A stretch of DNA of 59,104 nucleotides, from IMG/VR virus record IMGVR_UViG_3300044995_000110, positions 1-59,104 of that record; one strand, written 5' to 3'. Positions 34,038-41,083 of this stretch are shown here, piece after piece. The position numbers and the translations under genes were made by a program. This DNA is from a virus. Below the pieces are notes generated by a model, which saw nothing but the letters and a program-made list of their open reading frames with translations, did no database searches and was not told where the DNA came from. Position 1 is the first letter of the stretch. Every line of letters starts with the position of its first letter.

Positions 34038-34829
34038 TTAATCTAGTCCAAGGCGCTGGACCGCAATGCTGTGCGCGACGGTGACCTGTGCCTTAGTCCC
34101 ACTTGGGTTGCCGGAAGGCGCCTTGAGCTTCATCCACTCCTCTAGGCCGCGTGCTTGAGGTGCTCTCTTTTTGTGCTTGGCGGCGCGGAGTTTGCGCTTG
34201 ACGGCGCGGGTTGGGTGGATGCCATTGGCATCTACGGCAACGCCTGTAATGATGCGGCGGCCTGCCTTGCTGTGCTGCACGTGGGTTTTCTTGGGGTTGA
34301 CCTTGAACCCATGTGCCTCGACTATCTTGGGGACTTCTTGGAGGACGAACGGGATGTCCTCCTCGTTGTTCCCGGAGAACGTCAGGTCGTCGGCATATCT
34401 GGTGTAGCGGATGCCGCGCGGGGCAACCGCCTTTTGGATAGCCTCATCCATGGGGGCGGCGGCAATATTGGCCACAAGTGGGGATGTGGGGAGACCCTGT
34501 GCTGCTACCTTGCACTGAAACATGGAATAAAAGCACGCCGATGGGATGCGATTGCAGTGTGGGGCCACCTTGTCGTCAGTCACCGTGTCGAAGAAATCGG
34601 CCAAGTCGAAGCAGGCGGACCATTTGTAGCCGACGTGGGCCATGGCATTGGTCACAGGAGACTTGCCGATCATGAAGCCGTGGACAATTTCCTTGTCGCA
34701 GACTTCTGCAGCTAGGCTGTGGAGCTTGGGCAGTGCCATGCGAAGCTCTCTTTTGTAATCATAGCGTGGCACCGCAATGGTGCGGTGCCCGCCACTTTTC
34801 TTGGGGATTTTGATGATTTTGGCTTTCAT
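34038..34829 (-). CDS. Reverse transcriptase, retron-type, compact (263 aa)
   Basis: RT motifs occur in order: IPKKSGGHRTIAVP, FDLADFFDTV, QGLPTSPLVANI, YTRYADDLTFS (YADD) and GFKVNPKKT. The retron-typical NAxxH (TNAMAH) and xTG (RRIITGVAV) motifs are also present. Confidence 0.9.
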   Translation of the reverse strand: MKAKIIKIPKKSGGHRTIAVPRYDYKRELRMALPKLHSLAAEVCDKEIVHGFMIGKSPVTNAMAHVGYKWSACFDLADFFDTVTDDKVAPHCNRIPSACFYSMFQCKVAAQGLPTSPLVANIAAAPMDEAIQKAVAPRGIRYTRYADDLTFSGNNEEDIPFVLQEVPKIVEAHGFKVNPKKTHVQHSKAGRRIITGVAVDANGIHPTRAVKRKLRAAKHKKRAPQARGLEEWMKLKAPSGNPSGTKAQVTVAHSIAVQRLGLD

Positions 34830-35314
34830 GGTGTTGGGTTATGGTGGATGGGCAATCGAGTCATTTACCGGGAGGTTAATGACGTTGGTATTGGTTGCCC
34901 GTCATCGACTTAGAAGGCGAAGCGCACTTCGTCTCGGGGCAACAGGCATTGCCATCCTTGGGAAGTTGGGGGTGAGGGGCGTGATGACTTGGCGTGGGAT
35001 CGTGTCAATAATGTTGAAAAGCGAGCAAGCCGGAGTCCAAAGGAGGCGAGGAATTTGGACGGAGGCTTGCGAGCGAGGGCAACATTATTGCACCAAGACA
35101 ATGGATGCAACTCCTACGCGGCGTGCTTGGCATGCCTGTTGGCGCCCACGACCTTCCCTTGTGGCACCTAGTAGGTGTGCGCCCACAAAGGCTTGTCATG
35201 GACGGCAGGCATACGGCAAGCCGCGCGCTGTCGGGATACCCGGCGAAGCGCACGGACCCTGGCTGCACCGACGCATCTCACGCTTGGGGCATCACAGCCC
35301 CTCACTAAACTGTC
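34830..35314 (-). ncRNA. Candidate retron msr/msd non-coding RNA region
   Basis: This 485-nt gap has no credible ORF and lies directly upstream of the RT on the same strand. It holds an 85-nt three-tier hairpin at 35006-35090 and two long-range inverted-repeat pairs (35297-35305/34972-34980 and 35132-35141/34940-34949). The exact RNA ends are unknown. Confidence 0.45.
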
Positions 35315-36616
35315 TTAACGTATTCTTGTGCTGTCTCCGAATGGTGGGTTTATGGATGAAGTCAACACCCAAAGAATGGGGATGGGTGGTGGTTTACCAA
35401 ACTCGCCGCAGCCGTCGGTCAAGTAGATGATGCATTCCGGTGGCTCTGGCAATTCGCATGCTGCCTTGATGGCGGGGCGAAAGTCGGTTCCCCCGCCGCC
35501 AACGGCGCGGGGCGTGATTTGATCGCCAGGCTCGTATTCGTCGATGTGGTTGACCCTAGCATCGGCATACATGACGGTCAGCTTGACCGGCTTGCAGTCG
35601 TCCATGATTGCCTGAATCTCGCCAATGAACTGGGCCAACTCCTCATTGCTTATGGAGCCGGACGTGTCGATGACGGTGACGATGTGGCCAACACATTCAC
35701 TGTCCATGGATGGGAGGAAGTAGCCGTAGGGCATGTATCGTGGGTTGGGGCGACTCCACGAGTAGTCATCACGGATGCGGCAATTGACGAATTGCCGCAG
35801 GACTTCCTGCCAAGGGATTGCTGGCTTGAGCATTTCGCCCACTAGGCGCTCCATGAATCCTGGGAGTTTGCCTTGCGCCTTGGCCAAGGTAGCGGCGACG
35901 GATAGGGCGGATTGAAGCTCTGCCTTAGCTTCTTCCATCTCGGCCTTGTCGCCTGGGTAATCTTCCACCATGCCCTCTGATGGATGGTCTCGGCCACTTC
36001 CACCTTTCCCGCTTTCCTTGGCTTTCTGGCCTTGCCCTTGCCCCAGCCCTTGCCCTTGGCCTTGGCCTTGGCCTTGCCCTTTCCCCTTTCCCTGTTCCTG
36101 CCCTTGGGCCTGCCCTTGCCCTTGGCCTTGGCTTTGGCTCTCCCCTTCCTCGCCATCTTGGCTTTGGCCTTGTCCCTGCTCCTTGGGGCTTTGGGAATTG
36201 GTGGCAATCTTGGCGTAGATTTGCTCGGCAGACATGTCCTTGTATTTTTTATCCACAAGGCCACCTGACGGCAGGCTGATATGGGCTCCTGCGCGCCTGT
36301 AGGAGTATTCCATGAGGTGGTTGTTGATGGCGTAGTCCGCAGCCATATTCCATATCATGGGATCGCGTCCATCGCGGCGCAGGTGGTGACCAAGGGCCAC
36401 ATGCATGACCTCGTGCACGAGCACCCCGCGCAGCTCTGCATCATTGAGCCTTGCGGAAAATCCAGGATTGAATTTAATCCATTTGCCGTTGGTGCAGAAG
36501 GTGGGGATGCCGGCATCCTCCACCATGGAGAGGCGCATTAGAAGCGACCCGAAGAAAGGATCGCTTAGGATGATGTCCATCCTAGCTTTTTTAATTCTTT
36601 CGGTCTGACTATTCAT
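35315..36616 (-). CDS. Zn-metallopeptidase-like (DUF2201_N-type) plus VWA domain protein
   Basis: HEVMHVALGH is an HExxH motif, followed by WNMAADYAINNHL. The VWA MIDAS motif is VIDTSGS. A G/Q-rich linker joins the two domains. Confidence 0.8.
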   Translation of the reverse strand: MNSQTERIKKARMDIILSDPFFGSLLMRLSMVEDAGIPTFCTNGKWIKFNPGFSARLNDAELRGVLVHEVMHVALGHHLRRDGRDPMIWNMAADYAINNHLMEYSYRRAGAHISLPSGGLVDKKYKDMSAEQIYAKIATNSQSPKEQGQGQSQDGEEGESQSQGQGQGQAQGQEQGKGKGQGQGQGQGQGLGQGQGQKAKESGKGGSGRDHPSEGMVEDYPGDKAEMEEAKAELQSALSVAATLAKAQGKLPGFMERLVGEMLKPAIPWQEVLRQFVNCRIRDDYSWSRPNPRYMPYGYFLPSMDSECVGHIVTVIDTSGSISNEELAQFIGEIQAIMDDCKPVKLTVMYADARVNHIDEYEPGDQITPRAVGGGGTDFRPAIKAACELPEPPECIIYLTDGCGEFGKPPPIPILWVLTSSINPPFGDSTRIR

Positions 36617-36625
36617 GTCTTTCTC

Positions 36626-36880
36626 TTATTGAGTTGCTTCCGCCATTCGCCGAACGGCTTTGAAGTATTTTATTGCAGCTTCTTGGGCGGCACTTGCATC
36701 TTCCGAGGTAGCGAAACGCCAACTGCCATTTTTCCCGTGCCCAGAGGCGTATGCGGTGATGGAGAGCACATATGCATCCCCGTCCTGAAAGATGCTATAA
36801 CTGTCATGAACTATGCGACTTAATGGCTCCCATGGGGTGTACCATTTGCTTAGCTCTTCGATGAATGTTTCGGGGGTCAT
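36626..36880 (-). CDS. Small protein, tandem paralogue 1
   Basis: SWRFATSEDASAAQEAAIKYFKAVRRMAEATQ parallels the C-terminus of 36935..37195. The start is set at the ATG equivalent to the paralogue's coupled start. Confidence 0.6.
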   Translation of the reverse strand: MTPETFIEELSKWYTPWEPLSRIVHDSYSIFQDGDAYVLSITAYASGHGKNGSWRFATSEDASAAQEAAIKYFKAVRRMAEATQ

Positions 36881-36934
36881 GATTCTTTGTCGAGGCGTTC
36901 CAGGGTGGCGCACCACCCTAGAAGTAGCCTCATT

Positions 36935-37195
36935 TCATTGTGCAACGGCAAGGGCCATCCGTCGGAAGGCCTCGATGTATTCTTTGGCCAGCTTCCGCGC
37001 CGCGTCTGCCTCATCTATGCTGGAAAAGCTCCATGTCTTAGTGGGGCTTTTGCCGCAGAAACACACGGCAATTTCTAAGGCGTATCTGCATTCGCCAAGA
37101 CCATGGATTCTCAACACTACATGGAATGGGCGATGGTGTGGCCTCTGCGCAACGAACCAGTTGCTTAGAGAATTGAGGAATCCTTCTGATCTCAT
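36935..37195 (-). CDS. Small protein, tandem paralogue 2
   Basis: An ATGA overlap couples it to the AAA+ gene stop. The C-terminus is TWSFSSIDEADAARKLAKEYIEAFRRMALAVAQ. Confidence 0.6.
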   Translation of the reverse strand: MRSEGFLNSLSNWFVAQRPHHRPFHVVLRIHGLGECRYALEIAVCFCGKSPTKTWSFSSIDEADAARKLAKEYIEAFRRMALAVAQ

Positions 37196-38184
37196 GAGAG
37201 GACGTGGACGTTCTTGACCACCCACTTGCTATATGCCGGGGTTTTTATTAACTCCTTATTATACCTGCAGGCATCCCTGAAGCCACACACCTCGAACTCT
37301 TTGTCGAGGCGCTCTAGGTAGCACACCACCTTATCAAAATTATCGACAGTGGCGCGCTTGGCCAGCCCAGCAATCACAGCGTAGTTGCCGGCCGGCGTCT
37401 TGGGCAGCTTGGCCGTGTTTGGGTTGGCCAGGATTTCGTCAACTGCGGGGACGTCCTGGCACGTCTTGAGGAAGCCGAAAAACTCGGCCCCTGCGGCCTC
37501 GCCAATGAAGCCGCTGAACACGGCAAGGTCGATCACCTCAATCGTGCCATCCTCGCCCGTAATAAATCGGGAGAGAGCATCCCAAGAACGAGGGCACGCA
37601 TAGGGCGCGTTCTGTGCCCAGTTCTTGGGGTTGAAGTCATAGATCAAATCAGGCCGGACCCGCACGAATGCAATGATTTCTGGGGCTATGCCATTGCTTA
37701 TTGCCCATCCAACCCAATCCTCAGCACTTGCTTCGAGGTGGATGTGAAGGAAGCGGCTGACAAGTGGGGATGGCATGGGATTAGACACTGCGCGGTCGCC
37801 GGTGCCGTTCCCCGCCGCCACCACCGACCAGCCATCGGGAAGTTGGTATTCCCCGATGGCTCGGTCTAGGGTAAGCTGATATGCCGCCGCCTGCACCGAC
37901 TTTGGCGCAGCGGGCAACTCGTCCAGAAAGAGCACCCCGTTGCCGCCCTTGGGCAGGAATGAGGGTTTGAGCCAGACGGTCTCGCCGTCCAAGACCGAGG
38001 GAAGACCGCGAAGGTCCACCGGCTCAAAGTAGATTAAGCGCATGTCGCTCAATGCTACTTCGAGCTCTTTGGCCACCTGCTTCACGATGGCCGATTTACC
38101 AACCCCCGGCGGCCCCCAAAGCATCACCGGCTGACGCTTTGTGTAGGCTGCTTTGAGGGTTTTTGCTACTTGTGTTGCGTTCAC
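37192..38184 (-). CDS. MoxR-like AAA+ ATPase (AAA_5 type)
   Basis: Walker A is GPPGVGKS and Walker B is VLFLDELP. A sensor-like VVAAGN motif follows. The protein is 330 aa. Confidence 0.85.
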   Translation of the reverse strand: MNATQVAKTLKAAYTKRQPVMLWGPPGVGKSAIVKQVAKELEVALSDMRLIYFEPVDLRGLPSVLDGETVWLKPSFLPKGGNGVLFLDELPAAPKSVQAAAYQLTLDRAIGEYQLPDGWSVVAAGNGTGDRAVSNPMPSPLVSRFLHIHLEASAEDWVGWAISNGIAPEIIAFVRVRPDLIYDFNPKNWAQNAPYACPRSWDALSRFITGEDGTIEVIDLAVFSGFIGEAAGAEFFGFLKTCQDVPAVDEILANPNTAKLPKTPAGNYAVIAGLAKRATVDNFDKVVCYLERLDKEFEVCGFRDACRYNKELIKTPAYSKWVVKNVHVLS

Positions 38185-38218
38185 TGTCGATTTTCTCCTT
38201 TATGGTTAATGGTTAAGT

Positions 38219-38338
38219 TTAAGCCAAGAATGCCCCCATCTTGGCAATGATAGCATCAGCAGCTTCCGCCGCCTTCTTCCGCGTCTGGGGGTCGTTGCGT
38301 AGGTCGTCCGGCGTAATGCCCTTAAAGGCATCGAGCAC
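38219..38338 (-). CDS. Very small ORF (39 aa, GTG start), hypothetical
   Basis: A strong GGAAGGAGGAG SD lies 7 nt upstream of the GTG. The ORF is not in the supplied track because it is under 60 aa. Confidence 0.3.
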   Translation of the reverse strand: MLDAFKGITPDDLRNDPQTRKKAAEAADAIIAKMGAFLA

Positions 38339-38357
38339 CTGCTGTGCTCCTCCTTCC

Positions 38358-38504
38358 TTACAAAAGTTTTTGCTGCACCAAGGGCCGCTCATACCCAAGT
38401 ATGACGGCCAAACGTCGATAATCCCGCCCCAGCCTCAACGCCACCCTCGCTATTGTCAGCGGGTTGAGGCCAGCCACTATCTTGCGCCTTATTTCAATCT
38501 TCAT
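38358..38504 (-). CDS. Small HTH-like protein (48 aa), hypothetical
   Basis: The ATG follows GAGAGGAGCA. The product is MKIEIRRKIVAGLNPLTIARVALRLGRDYRRLAVILGYERPLVQQKLL. The ORF is not in the supplied track because it is under 60 aa. Confidence 0.4.
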   Translation of the reverse strand: MKIEIRRKIVAGLNPLTIARVALRLGRDYRRLAVILGYERPLVQQKLL

Positions 38505-38512
38505 TGCTCCTC

Positions 38513-38770
38513 TCACACCTTCACATTCACCCCCAGCTCCCCCCAGGTGTCAGCCCATTCGTATATTTCCCACTGCGTCGCCCTGCGCAGCACATCCCGA
38601 GGGACCACCCCACCCTCCAACAACGCCTGCACCACCAGATCCGTCCAGTCCCCACCTTCCCCACCATCCCCACCAGCAGGCCCCTGCCCCACAACCATCA
38701 CCCTCACCCTCCAGTCCACCCCAGCCCGACGTGCCCTGCGATTAAGCTTCCCCTTGCGTATGATTTTCAT
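38513..38770 (-). CDS. Hypothetical protein, first gene of the minus-strand block
   Basis: An 85-aa ORF with AGGAG upstream. The overlapping plus-strand ORFs are proline-rich shadows. Confidence 0.5.
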   Translation of the reverse strand: MKIIRKGKLNRRARRAGVDWRVRVMVVGQGPAGGDGGEGGDWTDLVVQALLEGGVVPRDVLRRATQWEIYEWADTWGELGVNVKV

Positions 38771-38877
38771 TTCCTAGTTCTCCTATCTCTTTTGTTTTCG
38801 CTTCCTAGCTAGGCCCCCATGCAAGAAGGCCAAAATCTTTCCTTCCCTCAAACCCAAAGACACGACATAATCCAATC

Positions 38878-39414
38878 ATGCCCCCAAAACCCCACGCAAA
38901 CCATTCTCGCAAACCAACCAGACTAGGCAAATTTTACCCACCTGAGATCAAGGCCTCGGTAAAAACTGCCTACCTGGCAGGTATGGGCAGCTTACTCGAA
39001 GTTGCCGAAGCCCACGGAGTCCACCCAGCGACCGCCAAGTGGTGGAAGTTCATCGAGAAGTGGCCCGATGGTCCTGCTCACGACCATCGTTCCCGGGTTG
39101 TGAAGCGCAGCCTGACCTACGCCAAGAGGAAGCAAGGAGTTAAGCTCCTAGATGTTCCTCTCCAGGAACTTCGTGAGAAGAAGAAACACGAGTTCCTGAG
39201 CCTGGCTGCTCACGGATTGGTCAGGGAACAGGCATTGCTTGAACTGGTGCCTGGGGAGGATTTAGACACCATAGCTGCTCGGACCAAGGTCAGAGAGGGT
39301 TTGGCTAAGGCTGCTGGGATTGTCCTTGGTATTGATGGGGAGAATCAGGGAGGTGGTTCACAGGTTGTGAACATAGCTATCCTTAAGTCTGTGCCTCCCG
39401 CTCCCCGGCAATGA
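38878..39414 (+). CDS. HTH-domain protein; possibly a small terminase subunit or a regulator
   Basis: The N-terminal HTH-like segment reads KTAYLAGMGSLLEVAEAHGVHPATAKWW. A -10-like CATAAT lies 6 nt before the ATG. The function is uncertain. Confidence 0.6.
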   Translation: MPPKPHANHSRKPTRLGKFYPPEIKASVKTAYLAGMGSLLEVAEAHGVHPATAKWWKFIEKWPDGPAHDHRSRVVKRSLTYAKRKQGVKLLDVPLQELREKKKHEFLSLAAHGLVREQALLELVPGEDLDTIAARTKVREGLAKAAGIVLGIDGENQGGGSQVVNIAILKSVPPAPRQ

Positions 39415-39442
39415 CAAAGCGTTGCCCGGCCTACGGCCGTGC

Positions 39443-39474
39443 GTCGGGCTAAAGCCCGACCAGTTGATTTTTTT
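39443..39474 (+). terminator. Rho-independent terminator candidate
   Basis: The stem is gtcgggc-taaa-gcccgac (39443-39460). A T7 run lies at 39468-39474. Confidence 0.55.
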
Positions 39475-39570
39475 CGCCTTTCGGCGACTTGCCCCCTTCG
39501 CCCCTGGCCCGCAATCCCCCATGTAAGCCAGGGGCGATATGAGGGGGATTATATAAGGGGGGCGAAAAAA
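39468..39570. other. About 100-nt structured element with interleaved (pseudoknot-like) inverted repeats
   Basis: The outer pair is tttttttcgcc (39468-78) with ggcgaaaaaa (39561-70). Pair A is tcgcccctggc (39498-508) with gccaggggcga (39527-37). Pair B is aatccccc (39513-20) with gggggatt (39543-50). The arms occur in the order A-B-A'-B'. Confidence 0.6.
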
Positions 39571-39591
39571 TTTTCAAGGAAAAAATGCATT

Positions 39592-39644
39592 TAGGGACAT
39601 TTGTCCCTATTTTTACCCCCTCAGAATAGGGACATTTGTCCCTA
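39592..39644. promoter_or_regulatory. Two copies of an 18-bp inverted repeat TAGGGACA-TT-TGTCCCTA
   Basis: The identical copies lie at 39592-39609 and 39627-39644. Confidence 0.8.
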
Positions 39645-39676
39645 TTGTGGCCGTTGTTGAGACTGGTTTGCGCTGG

Positions 39677-40032
39677 TGATGCATATGCATATTTGTTGAT
39701 GCATATGCATCATTTTCTGGCTAATTTCCGCGCAAGTGTTTCTGCTGCAAGGACTTGTGCAAAAGTTGGTCCTTTTTTGATGCATATGCATCATTGCTTA
39801 GCCAGCCTAACGGATTTTGACGCAAGTTGTTGGCATAAAGCGGCTTGCGCAAAAACTTGCGAAAATGTGTAGTGCCAACTGGCGCGCTGGTGATGCATAT
39901 GCATCGCCTAACCAAAGCCTAGCAAAAAACTGGGCTAAGTTGTTGACGCTTAGCCTCTTGCGTCGGCGAGATGGCAACTTTTCTTTAACGATAAAAATGC
40001 ATATGCATCGCTTTTTTGATGCATATGCATCA
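39677..40032. repeat. Array of six copies of the 16-bp palindrome TGATGCATATGCATCA
   Basis: The copies and their matches to the palindrome are: 39677-39692 (14/16), 39697-39712 (16/16), 39778-39793 (16/16), 39891-39906 (15/16), 39995-40010 (13/16) and 40017-40032 (16/16). The array lies in a 660-bp gene-free gap. Confidence 0.9.
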
Positions 40033-40077
40033 TGGCAACAAAACCTACCCAGTTTGCCAGACTGCGCTAACTTATCG

Positions 40078-40338
40078 CTACCCCATGACCATGGCGTAGC
40101 GCGCCGCTGGCCCAAGGCGGCGCACGGCAATTTGCTTCCCGTGCCGCCACCACTCTGCCCAGCCATCAGGATGGACGACAGCTGGCCCATCCTCCCGGTG
40201 GCGCCTCCCATTCAGCCACCACTCAAGTGTCCCGTCCCGCCGCTCCACTGCGGGTCCAGTGAAACGGTGGAGGATGCCATCCGTCCTCCACTCTACGCCA
40301 CCATTCCTGCGGATGATGGTCACGTTGTAGCTTTTCAT
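40078..40338 (-). CDS. Repeat protein (MORN-like / DG..EWW.NG..HR.DGPAV repeats), hypothetical
   Basis: NGGVEWRTDGILHRFTGPAVERRDGTLEWWLNGRRHREDGPAVVHPDGWAEWWRHGK shows three internal repeats. Confidence 0.55.
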   Translation of the reverse strand: MKSYNVTIIRRNGGVEWRTDGILHRFTGPAVERRDGTLEWWLNGRRHREDGPAVVHPDGWAEWWRHGKQIAVRRLGPAARYAMVMG

Positions 40339-40423
40339 ACTGCTCCTTAGTTGCGCACCCAGCCAGTCCTGCGCTGGCCGGGCGCTTGGTTACGCCGGAT
40401 TAACACGCTGGGGCCATCAATCA

Positions 40424-41071
40424 CTAGGCCGAAAGACATTGGAGACATTGGGGCCAGAAATTGGCTAGTTTGGTTGCGCGGTCCCATTCGCGGTCTGCGT
40501 CTTGGTTTACCCGGTCTTGGTCGTCACGCAAGCCGAGGAGCCTTTCTGCCGTTAGAGGGTCAACCTCAACGGCGGGGGTCATATCACGGTGCTGCCAGAT
40601 GTCCCCAGCCGAACGAAAAACGGACCACGCCAATTTAAGCAGATGGCGGGGAATGAGAATCTCTTTCCCCTCCGGTAGTCCTTGGGCCGTCGCAATTTTG
40701 TTCGCCCAAGCAGGCAGACGAACCCATCCTAGGCGGGCAAGGTCGAGGGCAAGGTCCGCAGGAACGGCGAAACAGATAGGCAGTCCTGCCTCCGCAATTT
40801 TGCGGAGCAGGCGATACCCACCCCGGATCGTCTCTGGGGCGAAGTGGGATGCGACGTAAATCTCCCCCACCCGGTAGAGGATGAGGAAATTTTGCCCGTC
40901 ACGAACGAAGTAAGCCCCACACTCCGCCCAGATATTCCCCAGAAATTCGGGGTCTGTGGCCTCGCGGCCACGTCTTATAATCGCCGCAGCATATTGCTGG
41001 GCGATACCGACCATGACCCTGCGGTCGGCATTTGCCGGGAACCGCTCAATGCTTATGGCTTTGTTTTCCAT
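40424..41071 (-). CDS. Hypothetical protein
   Basis: A 215-aa ORF with protein-like composition. Confidence 0.65.
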   Translation of the reverse strand: MENKAISIERFPANADRRVMVGIAQQYAAAIIRRGREATDPEFLGNIWAECGAYFVRDGQNFLILYRVGEIYVASHFAPETIRGGYRLLRKIAEAGLPICFAVPADLALDLARLGWVRLPAWANKIATAQGLPEGKEILIPRHLLKLAWSVFRSAGDIWQHRDMTPAVEVDPLTAERLLGLRDDQDRVNQDADREWDRATKLANFWPQCLQCLSA

Positions 41072-41083
41072 GGTGTATTTTGT

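Noticed and set aside
34916-35253. The possibility that the RT belongs to a diversity-generating retroelement. A 12-bp direct repeat ggcgaagcgcac occurs at 34916-34927 and 35242-35253.
   Set aside because: The repeat is far too short for a TR/VR pair, and there is no A-to-N mismatch pattern. No target gene with a variable C-terminus lies adjacent. RT motif B is the retron/group-II type (GLPTSP), not the DGR type.
34777-35430. A 217-aa plus-strand ORF, and the minus ORFs 35005..35268 and 34910..35110, covering the gap upstream of the RT.
   Set aside because: Their translations are Arg/Trp/Cys/Ser/Pro-rich with no SD, and they overlap one another. The interval is dominated by perfect inverted repeats, so I interpret it as RNA-coding or regulatory.
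38241-38812. Three overlapping plus-strand Pro/Ser/His-rich ORFs (93-178 aa).
   Set aside because: They have low-complexity proline-rich translations in all three frames and no SD. Minus-strand small genes with good SDs (38513..38770, 38358..38504) explain the region better. The assignment is still uncertain.
39677-40032. The repeat array as a CRISPR locus.
   Set aside because: The repeats are only 16 bp and are perfect palindromes. Their spacing is irregular (4 to about 97 bp). There are no cas genes, and some flanking sequences are themselves repeated.
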